Below are positions 49,275 to 61,946 of a DNA stretch of 64,000 nt, one piece after another. How positions within the stretch are numbered: position 1 is the first letter of the stretch; each line of letters starts with the position of its first letter. The notes under the pieces were generated by a model. The model ran no database searches, was not told where the DNA came from, and worked only from the letters and a program-made list of their open reading frames with translations. Origin of the DNA: Selaginella moellendorffii (Eukaryota; Plantae; Lycopodiophyta); NCBI RefSeq assembly GCF_000143415.4, contig NW_003314286.1, positions 1,487,718-1,551,717 on the forward strand. Direction: 5' to 3'. The translations under genes and the position numbers were made by a program.

Positions 49275-50585
49275 ATGGCTGAATTAGCGCTTGTAGTGAC
49301 TCTCGCTCTCGCGGTAAGACCTCGCTTCTTCTCCCGGCGAGCGATCTTCCAAAGAATCAACGATTTGTGTGTTCTGTGATGAAGATCGTGTGGAGATTTC
49401 GGCTCAATATGCTCGATCTGGATGTACAGAGCAGGTCTGCCGCTGGAATCGCACAACTTGGATCGAAAAGCGCTCGTCTTTTGTGATATTTTCAGGAGGG
49501 ATGAGATATTCTGGATGGAAGATACCGCGTCTACATGGAGCACGCAGGTTTTTCCCGCAGCATTCCTCTCCTCGATTGAAATTTCTTGCAGGTTTTGTGC
49601 CCGTCGATCCATGAAGCTCCCTCCAAGTATCTCTCCGTGGTGATACCTGCGTACAACGAGGAAAAGGGGCTTCCTTCTACGATAAATGAGACTCTAAGGT
49701 AACACCTCAGTACAAATTCCGAAAGAACTGCCGCGCTCGGTTTTACAGGTACCTGGACGAGCGAAGCTTTGACGATGCAAACTTTACATACGAGGTGACA
49801 ATCATCGACGATGGAAGCGAAGATTTGACGTACAATGTGACACTGGATCATGCGTCGCGGTTGAGAGTGATCAAGCAAACACCAAATCTCGGAAAGGGTG
49901 CTGCGATTCGCAAGGTATGTCCCGTCCATGCCTTGCCATCCTCCATTGTGCTTTTAACCTGCGCTTTCCAGGGAGTTCTCTGCTCTCGCGGTCAGCTCGT
50001 GATCACAGCAGACGCTGATTCAGCAATCTTCATACGAGATATGGGGAAACTGGAAGAGAAAGCACTGAACCTGACTGCATCAGGAGATCCCATAGCTGTG
50101 TTTGGCTCGCGCTGCAAAGTAAAGGTAAACGAGCCTCGCTACTTTGCATTGGCATGGAGCTCGCTCCAAGACTTAACTCGTCATGATTTTGATCTCTTCA
50201 GCAACCTCTTCTTCGAAGCATCATGTCGAAGGTCTTTCACGCTCTCGCGGTCTTAATAACCGGGACCGACGTGGCCGACACCCAGTGCGGGCTCAAGCTC
50301 TTTACGAGGCCCGCAGCGGCCAGACTGTTTACGAACCTGAGGCTCCAGAGGTAGAGTTTCTTCTCTTCTCTCGGAAGTTCTCACAAGCAGTGTTCTCTCA
50401 GGTGGGCTTTCGACGTGGAGCTGATCTATCTCGCCAGACGCCTGGGAATCCCAGTGTACGAGGTGGCCGTGAACGCCGTGGACGTTACCGGATCCAAGCT
50501 TCGCGCTTCCAGCGTCTGCCACGCGCTGTACGAGATCACGATGGTGGTCATAGCCTATGGACTTGGCTTCTGGGAGATTCGGTAG
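49275..50585 (+). CDS. Dolichyl-phosphate beta-glucosyltransferase (ALG5)-like GT2, divergent paralogue 1
   Basis: N-terminal TM, CPSIHEAPSKYLSVVIPAYNEE, IIDDGSED, NLGKGAAIR, ADADSA, VFGSR, DTQCGLKLF, WAFDVEL, GSKL; TAG at 50583-50585. Confidence 0.85.
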
Positions 50586-50934
50586 GGAAGATCGGAAGAT
50601 CCATTCTTTTTCCTCGGTGGAGTAAGTAAATTTTGCCGCGTTTTACTATAAACCAAATCTTTCGGTGATTGTCGTAAACTAAATAGCAAAGTGGTAAATG
50701 CTGCAGAGCAGGGAGAGAGACATTAAAAATAAATAATATGAACCACCTTGATGATCTTTAATTGCAGCTCACTAAGTGTGCCGATGTGGTAGCAGAGCAG
50801 AGGTGCTGTGATGGAGAGAGACATTAAAAATTTTGGTTCCATGGTCTTTTTATTTTTTCTGTCTGGTGATTAAAACCGAGGAAAAATCAAGCATATATAT
50901 CCCGGAAGAGAACGTGAGCCCGAAAGAAAAGCAA

Positions 50935-52719
50935 ATGCTGGAGCTACTGGGATTGCTGCTGCTGCTGCTGCTAGCGCTGCTCTCAATCCACCGCTTCTCG
51001 CGAGGTGGAGGACGCGATGGAGGATTGCCACTGATTGGCCACACGGTGGAAATTCTAGCCAATTACCACCGGATCTTCGACTTGCTCCTGGAGAAATTCC
51101 AGAGCCAGGGCACGAGCACCGTGCCGCTGTGGATTCCTGGCCAATCCTACGTCTTCACGGTGGATCCAGCCAATGTAGAGTACATTCTCAAGACAAGATT
51201 CCAGAACTTCCCAAAGGTATCTTATATGATCTCCAAATGGAGGGAGTGCGTGAATGATCGCAGGGTGAGCGCTTCCGGGAGAAATTCCAGCCGCTGCTGG
51301 GCGGCGGGATCTTCAACGCCGATGGCGCGGCGTGGAAGAGCCAGCGCAAGGCGGCCAGCTTCGAGTTCGCGTCCAGGGTTTTGCGGGAGTGGAGCGGCAG
51401 CGTGTTCCGGGATCACGCGCTGGAGCTCGCCCGGATTGTGGACGCCGCGGCGTCCAAGCAGAGCTCCCTGGAAATGCAGGCAAGAAAGATCTCTCGCTCT
51501 TACCGAGAGTCACTTCTTTCCTTCTTTGCACATAGGACCTCTTCCAGCGGATGACGCTGGACACGATTTGTAGCCTGGGATTTGGCGTGCGCCTCGGCCT
51601 CCTCTCTCCGACGCTCCCGCACAACGATTTCGCGGCCGCTTGCGACCGATGCAACGCGATCGTCTCCTTTCGCTTCGCGGATCCCTTTTGGAAGCTTAAG
51701 AGGCTGCTGCGCATCGGCGAGGAGCGCGATCTCCCAAAGAACCTGGCCACGGTCGACGAATTCACGTACAATATCATTCGCAAGAGGAGGATCCAGCTCT
51801 CCAAAGAGAACGAGGATCTTCGCGTAAGAGATTTCTCGTAAACATTGATCTTGACGTGGTGCTTTCTTCCTTCCAGGCTCGCAAGAAAGATCTTCTTTCG
51901 CGGTTCATGCTACTGGACGAGAGTTCCTCCGACGTTTATCTCCGCGACATGGTCCTCAACTTCGTGATAGCTGGGAGGGACACCACCGCCGCGACCCTCT
52001 CGTATTTCATCTACATGGTTGCCTCTCACCCCGATTGCCAGGGCAGGATCCATTCGGAGCTTCTCGACTTCGAGCGCTCCAGTCGCCAACATCCAGGCCA
52101 TGACGACGATCCAAGCTCCATAGAAAGCTTTGCAAATCTCCTCAAGTTCGAGGCTCTGGCCAAGCTCCCCTATCTCCACGCCGCAGTAAACGAGACCCTC
52201 CGCCTCTACCCGACCCTGCCACTGGTACGTAAAGTTTATTGAGAATCTCTTTTTGTTTATAGCGTGGGGATCTCCAGAACTTTAAAGGCGTTGCCAGCGA
52301 CGACGTTCTTCCGGATGGCACGCCCGTCCGAAGAGGCGAGATCGTGTCTTACGCGGCATACTGCATGGGCCGGATGGAATCGCTGTGGGGACCCGATGCT
52401 GCGGACTTCCGCCCCGAGAGATGGCGCACTGCCGATGGATCCAACTGGGATTTCAACCCGTCGCCCTTCAAGTTCACAGCATTCCAGGTTCTTGAAATGT
52501 TCGCTATAGCCATCTTAGATCCGAAAACCTCTCCTCTCACAGGCAGGGCCTCGCGTTTGCCTTGGCAAGGACAGCGCTTATCTCCAGATAAAGATCACCG
52601 CGGCGCTTCTCTGCCGCTTCTTCGAGTTTCGTCTCGTTCCGAACCAGACTTTCCACTATCGAGTCATGGCCACGATTTCTCTGGCTTCTGGGATTAAAGT
52701 GGTGCCACTGAAAAGGTGA
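50935..52719 (+). CDS. Cytochrome P450, CYP86 clan (CYP704-like), copy A
   Basis: TVDPANVEYILKTRFQNFPKG, GIFNADG..W..QRK.ASFEF, NFVIAGRDTT, ETLRLYP, FQAGPRVCLGKDSAY. Confidence 0.92.
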
Positions 52720-55700
52720 CGGCATCTTGCCAACTGGTAAAATTTAATGACTAGAAACAAAAGTGGGAGCCGATGTTTGTCGCCATCGTTCAACTAAAAA
52801 TAACAAGGAGCTGCTTGCACAACTTTAAAGTTGACACTTTTGTGCCGATGAAGCTTAATGTGGTGATCTTGGAGTCCATAAAACTACTGGAACTTTAGTG
52901 ATGGGGATGTTATATACAGGTTGCAAATCACGAGCTGAGAGTTCCTTGAAGAATCTTGGCTGCTTATGTGCTGCGAGCGATCCGGCATGGCACAGTTTCT
53001 TCTTCTTGCGCTTGCCAGATCCTACCATGCCTATGGACTTGGCTTCACCATGGTGGAATATCCTCTATTCTTTTTCCTCGGTGGATACTTTAAACCAAAT
53101 AGAAAGAAAAAGGAAACTTTGCCCTTCTTCTTTACTATATAGAGTTTTGGTTACTAGGGCATACCTAAAGAAGAAGCTAACGATGTATCTTTCGGTTGTT
53201 ATTCCCGCGTACAATGAAGCGTTGCGCATCGCAGAACCCCTGGATCACACCTTAAGGTATGTCTTGATTGAAACCTTAGTAGCATATATGTTTATATGCA
53301 TGTTTTTCATAGATACCTAGCCCAGAGAGCCAAAAGGAATCGCCACTTCACATACGAGGTTATTGTCGTGGATGGCTGCAGCAAAGATTTAACACCTGAC
53401 ATTGTCTGGGAGATGACTAAACGGTACCCTTGCCTGCGGTTGATACAGCTTGATTGCAATCTGGGCAAAGGTGGAGCAGTCAAAGAGGTTTGTGAAAAAC
53501 AAGCCCATGGTTTAGAATAATCTCTAATAGTTTTTTCTTCTTCCTCTTCTATTCTGCAGGGAGTTTTAGATTCACGTGGTGAATTGATATTAATGGTTGA
53601 TGCGGATGGTGCGGTTGACATCACCGCTTTTGAAACTTTTGAGCCAAAGGTATATTTAATTAGTGAAAATTTTACAATAATACATATACTAATGTTGGTT
53701 CAATAACAGATTGAGAGATTTCGGAACAACAAGCCAATGGTATGGTTTGGTTCTCGCCTGCGTGAAAAGGTCTATTAGTTGAATTTGATACTTTAGAAAA
53801 CCTCTATACATGTGCTTCCAGAGACAATGGTACCGGAGCATACTGTCCCAAGGCTTTCATTATCTCACAAGGATGTTCATTGGAAAGCATGATATCAAAG
53901 ACACTCAGGTATTAGAATTATAGAAACTTTTTTGTGCTTTACTAATTCTGGTTTTATTTCAATAGTGTGGGTTTAAATTATTTACTAAATCAGCAGCTAA
54001 AAAATTATTCAAAGAGCTCTCAACCAGTAGGTGGTCTTTCGACGTGGAACTAATCATGCTTTGCAATGTTTATGGCATCCCAATCACTGAAGTTCCAGTT
54101 GATTTCACAGACATTCCGGGCTCCAAGATCACCACATTAAGCTTCATCCATACCATCTACGAACTGGCATGCATAGGCTTCAACTTTAAAATCAAGAGAG
54201 CTGTGTGTTCTCAATATGAGCAGCTCCTTACAATGTTTAGTTGAATCGAAGATGGCGACAAAGATCGGCCACTCCGGTCTTTACCCATTTTTGTTTCTAG
54301 TCATTATCCCGTCACCTTCTCAGTGGCACGACTTTAATGCCAGAAGCCAGAGAAATCGTAGCCATCACGCGGTAGTGGAGATTCTGGTTGGGAACGAGAC
54401 GAAACTCAAAGAAGCGACAGAGAAGCGCCGCGGTGATCTTTATCTGGAGATAAGCGCTGTCTTTGCCAAGGCAAACGCGAGGCCCTGCCTGTGAGAGGAG
54501 AGGTTTTAAGATTTAAGATGGCTATAGCGAAGATTTCAAGAACCTGGAATGCTGTGAACTTGAAAGGTGACGAGTTGAAATCCCAGTCGGATCCATCGAC
54601 GGCGCGCCATCTCTCCGGGCGGAAGTCCGCGGCATCGGGCCCCCACAGTGATTCCATCCGGCCCATGCAGTATGGCACGTAAGACACGATCTCACCTCTT
54701 CGGACGCGCGTGCCATCCGGAAGAACGTCGTCGCTGGCGACGCCTTTAAAGTTCTGGAGATCAAGTTAAAAAACGAGATTCTGAAGCAACTTTACGTACC
54801 AGTGGCACGGATGGATAGAGGCGCAGGGTCTCGTTTACTGCGGCGTGGAGGTAGGGGAGCTTGGCCAGCGCCTCGAGCGTGAGGAGCTTTGCAAAACTTT
54901 CCATGGAGCTTGGGTCATCGTCATGGTGTTCGTGTTGCCGGCTGGAGTGATCAAAGTCGAGAAGCTCCGAATGGAGCCTGGCCTGGCAATCGGGGTGAGA
55001 GGCAACCATGTAGATGAAATACGAGAGCGTCGCGGCGGTGGTGTCCCTCCCAGCGATGACGAAGTTGAGGACAATGTCGCGGAGATAAGCGTCGGAGGAA
55101 CTCTCGTCCAGTAGCATGAATCGCGAAAGAAGATCTTTCTTGCGAGCCTGGAACAAAGAAAGCATTGCATGAAACAGAAGGGCAAAGAGAAAGTTTCTTA
55201 CGCGAAGATCCTCGTTCTCTTTGGAGAGCTGGATCCTCCTCTTGCGAATGATATTGTACGTGAATTCGTCGACCGTGGCCAGGTTCTTCGGGAGATCCCC
55301 CTCCTCGCCGATTCGCAGCAGCCTCTTGAGCTTCCAGAAAGGATCCGCAAAGCGAAAGGAGACTATGGCGTTGCATCGGTCGAAAGCGGCCGCGAAATCG
55401 TTGTGCGGGAGCGTCGAGGAGAGGAGGCCGAGGTGTACGCCAAATCCCAGGTTACAAATCGTGTCGAGCGTCATTCGCAGGAAGAGATCCTGTGATCCAA
55501 AGAAAGAAATATTTCGCGATTATCTAAGAACAGAGAGCGAGAGGAGAGATCTTCCTTGCCTGCATTTCCAGGGAGGTCTTGTTGGATGCCGCGGCACGCA
55601 CAATCCGGGCGAGCTCCAGCGCGTGATCCCGGAACACGCTGCCGCTCCACTCCCGCAAAACCCTGGACGCGAACTCGAAGCTGGCCGTCTTGCGCTGGCT

Positions 55701-56100
55701 CTTCCACGCCGCGCCATCGGCGTTGAAGATCCCGGCGCCCAGCAGAGGCTGGAATTTCTCCCGGAAGCGCTCGCCCTGCGATCATTCACACACTCCCTCC
55801 ATTTGGAGATCATACAAGATACCTTTGGGAAGTTCTGGAATCTTGTCTTGAGAATGTACTCTACATTGGCTGGATCCACCGTGAAGACGTAGGACTGGCC
55901 AGGAATCCACAGTGGCACGGTGCTCGTGCCCTGGCTCTGGAATTTCTCCAGGAGCAAGTCGAAGATCCGGTGGTAATTGGCTAGAACTTCCACCGTGTGG
56001 CCAATCAGTGGCAATCCTCCATCGCGTCCTCCACCTCGCGAGAAGCGGTGGATTGAGAGCAGCGCTAGCACCAGCAGCAGCAATCCCAGTAGGATTTCCA
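50940..56100. repeat. ~2-kb inverted duplication (arms ~50940-52945 and ~54045-56100)
   Basis: The two CYP copies are reverse complements. The match continues past their stops into the last ALG5-like exon (gatgaagcttaatgtggtgatcttggag at ~52846; its reverse complement at ~54121-54148). Confidence 0.9.
53183..54244 (+). CDS. ALG5-like GT2 paralogue 2 (AT-rich; N-terminal TM exons not found, possibly 5'-truncated)
   Basis: MYLSVVIPAYNEA, VVDGCSKD, NLGKGGAVK, VDADGA, WFGSR, IKDTQ/CGFKLF, RWSFDVEL, PGSKI. Confidence 0.75.
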
Positions 56101-56116
56101 GCTGCAACATTTCCAT
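54312..56116 (-). CDS. Cytochrome P450, CYP86 clan (CYP704-like), copy B
   Basis: Same exon structure and motifs as copy A; TGA at 54312-54314. Confidence 0.92.
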
Positions 56117-57194
56117 TTCTTTTGCCTTATCCTTGGCTCACGTTCTTTTCCAGGATATCAGTATACTGGCGAAGCCTAAATGCTGGACAGTTGATGTCAA
56201 GATTTCATTTCCCACCATTTGCAACAATCTGGAATTGGACCGGACGATTGTTCCATGAAAAGTAAAAAGAGGGGAAGGATTAACATCTCACCATTTCTAG
56301 CACCTCACCACTCTCAAGTTTCCGATGCCTATGCCCAGATTGGCATACACCCAGATTTGCCATACACAATACACCGATCGTCAGCATCGGCATCGTATAA
56401 GGGACACACTTACTTGAATCACCCGTAGACTTAGCAATAGAAGTACGTCACAGCAAAACCTCCCAGATTGAATTTTCTCTAGCCACAGTAAACCTCGCTC
56501 GGATCGTCAAGATTCTCATCACATTCATGAGACAGGTAGCAAGCATATTGCACTGCTAAGTTGCATTACTCAGGAATGCTTGAATTTGAACCTATTTGGA
56601 TTTGAAACTTAGGTTCTTTCTACTGCTGCCAACTGTGAGATACAGCCCTAGAGCCAGGGCTGTGAGATCCGTGCAATCCCAGGTCGCCAAGGAACTCGTT
56701 CGCCTTCTCACTCACTGCCAAGCAGCAGCAAGTGTCCGGATCTGCGCAGCTCCAGCTGCCTGCCATGAGCGCCAAGCCAGTTGGAATCAAGAGAGCGAGC
56801 GATAATATGCCGAGGAGAGAGCCTCGGCCGTGCATGTAAGTGCCGCATTCCCCACTTCTGTCAGTCTCACAAAGCTTGAATGCTTTAGGAGCAACCTTTT
56901 GTACCAGTAAGAATCATATTCCCTTCGTTAAGGAAGAAAAGAATGCTGTCCTTCGGCCAGCACCTGGTGACTTGAGTCTGAGTTTGAGCTTATCTTTTTG
57001 AGTGAAAATGTCAAACCCAAAATTGCAATGGATAGACTTGCATGGCAGAAAACAGTTGTTGCACCTCTGCCTTCGCTCCCTGGCCACAACTCATTTGCCC
57101 ACGAAAACACCCATACAACCATGTGGTCCCGAACCTAAAATAGAGCTCTTCGTTTATTATATTGATTTTATGGCAACCACAGTACTACTTCTGC

Positions 57195-57681
57195 TCAACC
57201 TTGCACTGGCTTAGGGCAAGTGCACGTCTCGCAGCTGCAGGTCCTGCCGCACTTGCAGAATGGCTCGCCGGATGCCGTCATCTTGGCGCAGGTACACGTC
57301 TCGCAGTTGCAATTTGCGCCGCACTCACAAAACACCCCCTCGTGACCACTGAAAAGAAAAAACACAGGAACCCAAATAGAACAAAATAAATGCAAGAATT
57401 ATATGATTTCAAAAGATCAAACTTTCGAATCCAAGATACCCTTCCAAGAATAATTCAAGGGATTATCTCAACTTACCCTCGTCCGGTTGCGGAGGTTGCA
57501 CCACCACTGGTCGCAGTGGCAGCACATCTGCAAGCATCGCAAACCACCATCGAGTTAGCAAAAACCGATACAGATTTGCAAAAGAAGCAAGGGAATCTTA
57601 CTTGCAATCGTCCCCGCAGGGGCAGGGAGACCCGGAAGCGCAACCGGCAGTGCAGTCACAGGTGTTGACAGTGGTGGCCAT
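57195..57681 (-). CDS. Ec / type-4-like plant metallothionein, 3 exons
   Basis: Splicing at canonical GT-AG sites gives MATTVNTCDCTAGCASGSPCPCGDDCKCAATATSGGATSATGRGGHEGVFCECGANCNCETCTCAKMTASGEPFCKCGRTCSCETCTCPKPVQG*, with three Cys clusters (7+6+6). Confidence 0.88.
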
Positions 57682-57772
57682 CACGCAGATCAAACAAAGA
57701 AAAAGAAAAGAGAGAGGAAAAAGAGATTGCGAGAGAGATGGATCGAGTGATTCGTTTCAAACGAGCCCTCCA

Positions 57773-57813
57773 TTTTATAAAACAACCCCATGCAAATGGA
57801 GAGCCCGCGTGGC
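57773..57813 (-). promoter_or_regulatory. Putative metallothionein promoter: TATA, RY and CE3/ABRE-like motifs
   Basis: TATAAAA on the minus strand (~57773-57779), CATGCA at 57789-57794, CGCGTGGC at 57806-57813. Confidence 0.5.
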
Positions 57814-57903
57814 GCGCGCAGCCACCGCCAATTGTCCGATTCCTTCTTTTTTTGGAGCTAACCCTCAAAACAAGTATATAAGCTTCTGTGCATTGTTTGG
57901 TTT

Positions 57904-60123
57904 CTATCTTTCGGACGCTGTGACGCAAAGGCCGTTTGCCATGGAGAGAATTGCCATCATCCGGTACTTGACTTGGTGGCCCGGGACGAGCTCGAAGCGG
58001 AAGAATCGGCAGAGCGTCGCGGCGGTCATCTTCATCTGGAGATAAGCACTGTCCTTTCCAAGGCAAATTCGAGGACCCGCCTGCATGAACAAAACGAAAA
58101 CACGACGAGAATTTAGATATCCTTTCCTGTTGAAACGATCAAGAGCTGCTAGTGTGTGGAAGGAATAAGAAGAACACGGAACACGAGAGAGAGGAAGTGG
58201 CAGACCCCACGCCAAGAATATGATCACAAGGACCAAGGAGAGACCAAAGAACTTTAGCATCGAACTTTCGCTTTCTTTTTTTTTTACTCTCTCGCAGCAG
58301 CTCAGGAAAGAGAAGGAAAGTTTCCACACCACTCGCATGCTTCTCAGAGAGCACTGAAAGGAGGGAGTACCTGGAATGCGGTGAATTTGAATGGCGAGAC
58401 GGGCTGGAAGACTCCGTCCTTGGAGAGCCATCTCTCGGGCTTGTACTCGCGAGCGTCTTCTCCCCAGAGCGACTCCATCCGTCCCATGCACCACGGAACA
58501 AAGTTGATCTGGTCCCCGGCTTTCACTTTCTTTCCGTCTGGAAGCGTATCGTCGGCCAGCACGCCTTTAATGTCCTGGGACACACACACACAAAGGTGGT
58601 CACAGTTAGGTGCACGCTATACAAACAGTCATACATCTACCAAAATAAGTGCCTGCCAAACTGACTAACGCAAAGGAGAGAGACGAGGAGAAAAGTTTAC
58701 CTCTGGCACGGCTGGGAATAGCCGGAGTGTCTCGGTGATGGCCGCGTGAAGGTAGGCCAGCTTTGCCAAAGAGTCATACGTCAGGAGCTTGGCGAAGCTT
58801 GAAATTTGAGACCCGGCCGTAGTGTCTTCGCTGGCTTTAATTGCTGCCGTTGACATCTCATCGGTCTCTAGCTTGCAAAGCTCCGCGTAGATCTTGTCCC
58901 CGCAGTCTGGATGAGTGGCCAGCATGTAGACAAACCACGAGAGCGTAACAGCGGTGGTATCGCGGCCGGCGATTACAAAATTCAGCACAATGTCGCGCAA
59001 TGTCTTGTCGTTGATCTGGTTCTTAGGATCGTCACTGAGCAGCATAAATCGAGATAGAATGTCTGCCTTCTTCTGCAAAACAGCAGAGAGCGCGTCAGCA
59101 ACAAGTCACGAAACCGAGTTTCTCTTCATTCCTCAAATTCCTCGAAGAAGAAAAATTCGTCTTACTTCGTCTGCGCACTTTCCCTGTAGCTCAGCGCGCC
59201 TTGTCTTTATCACGTTGTATGTGAAGTCGTCTACAATCTTGGCATTCTTTGCGAGCTGAGCCTCGCGGCCGAGTTTAAGAAGGCTGCCGACCTTCCAGAA
59301 GGGATCGACGAACCTGTTGGTGACCCAAGCGTTGGCGTTGTCGAACGCTATCGCAAATTTGTTCTCCGGCAGGGAAGCGGACAGCGTTCCAATCTCCACT
59401 CCAAATCCTAGCTTGCAAATCGAATCCAGTGTCATCCGCATGAACAAGTCCTGCGCACGTGTATCGCTTGAATCAGCACAAAGAAGATTAGAGCGAGACG
59501 AAGTCACCTGCATATCGAAGCTTTGTCCTCTGCTCGTGCACCCCGATACGATATCCGCCAGTTTGACGGCGTAGTCTCTAAACACCACCGTGCTGAAGTC
59601 CCTCAGAATTTTGGAGGCGAACTCAAAGCTTGCGGTCTTCCTCTGCCGTTTCCACACCTCGCCATCCGAGTTGAATATCCCGTCTCCGAGAAGAACTTCC
59701 ATGATATCGTGAAATTTGTCACCCTGCAAAGAAAATTCTGAGAGCTCGGAAAAGAAACCGCGGCGCATCCATTACCTTTGGATAGTTCGCGAAGTTGTTC
59801 TTGAGAATGTGCTCCACCACGTCGGGGTCGACTGTGTAGTAGTAGTCGAAGGTCGGCATTGGCGCTCTGAATGTCTTGGAATTGTAGAGCTTCTCGTTGC
59901 GCAAAAACTTTTCGAGTAGGAAATCGTGCATGTGATCATAGTGCTTAGCCAGTTGCAACGAAGAACCGAAGATAGGAAAAATCGTGAGGAAGGAAGGATA
60001 ATTTCTTCGTTGTCGTGCGTAGATTGCCAAAAACCAGCCCAGCGTCGCTACTAGAAACACGGCCGTAAGTCCCCAGCTCGAGCTAAAGCTTGAATTCATG
60101 TCGCTGCTTGCTGTGGACGACAT
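57904..60123 (-). CDS. Cytochrome P450 CYP704B-like (long-chain fatty-acid omega-hydroxylase)
   Basis: VEHILKNNFANYPKG, MEVLLGDGIFNSDG, NFVIAGRDTTAVTLSWF, FQAGPRICLGKDSAYLQMKM, VKYRMMAILSMANGL (CYP704B-type C-terminus). Confidence 0.9.
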
Positions 60124-61244
60124 AGCGGTGCTGAGCCGCGCCCCAAACCAGACCTTTCCCGCTGAAGAAGAGCAGAGGAGCACGCCAAGTTGAAGGAGAA
60201 GTCGTCGAGCCTTTTGAAAACTCTCCAATCGTTTCGCAGCTCTGTTTATGCTGAAACTTTTTCTCGAGGACGAAGACGTTGTGCGTGATATCGTTCCCCG
60301 GGCAGCGGATTAAGCGTCTTAAGCAGAAGTGGTCAGAAGAAGCGGTACCCACACCAAAAGAATTGCTACAGCGAGTGTGATTATAAAAATAATTCTTTGG
60401 AAGATCATACGAGAAGCACCCGGCGAGGATAAGTAATAAGCAGCTGAAAGAGCACTAGACACCGACCTGCATATGAGTTTTAGTTCCCGAAGTGTTTGAA
60501 CTCTACCAAGAACAAGCTTGAAAGCTGAAGTTGCGATTGCATACCTCGTCCCTAGAATATATATGGGTTCCCGTCCGCCCGCATTACATATATTCAACTT
60601 TGGTGGACTTCCTGCAAAGAAGCCTGCCTTTGGGAGTGGGCATGGTGCCAGACGACTGAGAACACTTTGAACCGTGAAGCGCCTGTTTGAAAGAGAGCGG
60701 TAGAAATTTTTGCTGTATAAAAAAAAGAAAGTGAGTCGGGTGACATATCAATTTTGAGATAAAAAACACCTACCTTATTGACTATGGAGTGAATCTGATC
60801 CTTCGCAACTGTGACGATCAAAGGTCTACACGATGGTCCTCAAAAACATCCTTGCACGGAATTAAAACCGGAGCGAAGGTCAACGTTGTGCCAAGTTTCT
60901 TCCTTCGCGATGCTTCATAGAATCGGTCCATTGATGGCACATATATCTACCAGCGGAAATTTGATTTTGTCGTCGAGCCGATTTGTTTGTTTCTTGAAAC
61001 GATCGCGGAGACGTTGACGGCCAGCCTCGGTCCATCATAGTTAAGTTGGTATGAACAAATACCAAAGTCTCTCTTCCCGCATCAAGTTACAGTCCTGCAA
61101 GTCGCAACTTCCTCTTTCGAGAAAGAGCGGTCTCGAGTGAGTTATACGCTGTATGACAAAGTAACGATGTCAGCAAGTGTTTGAGAACCGAGATTATACC
61201 TTTCGGCTTGACGCCTGGAGATTCCGCCAACGAAGCTCACTTGC

Positions 61245-61272
61245 ATGCCGATACGTGTCGCAGCGGTTTACC

Positions 61273-61305
<33 letters not shown>

Positions 61306-61496
61306 CGCAGCAGGAAACCAAGAAACGCTCGGATGCGGGGGCTCCAGTTGATCAGGATGCCTCCAGGGAAGAACTGAAGAAAAGGAGCGAACAAGGTGAG
61401 ACGGTGATCAAGGGAGGAACCGGTGGCAAGTCGCTGGAAGCTCAGGAAAATCTCGCCAAAGGCCGCAGTAAAGGTGGGCAGTCCGGTCAAACATGA
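61245..61496 (+). CDS. Em-like / LEA_5 small hydrophilic protein; start unresolved, short C-terminus
   Basis: [39 protein letters not shown] matches the Em signature GETVVPGGTGGKS.EAQ..LAEGRS.GGQ. Confidence 0.7.
61276..61303. repeat. (AG)14 microsatellite directly after an ATG
   Basis: ccATG(AG)14TGCGCAGCAG. Confidence 0.95.
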
Positions 61497-61946
61497 AGAA
61501 CTTGGTGAAAAAACTTATTTAGCATGTGTTGTTTTTGTTGTAGTTTGTTTTAAATCTGTGAAAAAGAGAGAAGCACCTTTTAGTTTCGAAGAAGTTTGAA
61601 CCGTATGATCTACTTTTTACTTGATCTCAAACTTTTGGCTTCCGATGCAACGGCACGAGATAAAACAAACTATGGCAGATGGGCCGCTTACGTCTCCAAA
61701 GTGGCCCCAGTTGCTAAAGTTTCTTTTATTAAAAGAAAACTGCTTGTACCTTGTCGAAAGCGGAGGCCAGCGCTGATTGATTGCCTGAAGTCCTTTAACG
61801 CATCACAAGCACCACTACACCGTGGGTTGCCAGCTTTTGAAGGCTAGAACGAATCTTTCCTGCAAAAAACTTCAGTAGATAAGGTCCAAGTATCCCACCT
61901 CGGCATCTAGGATCCTCCAAGCGCTTGCTCTTCTGATGTATCAGGT

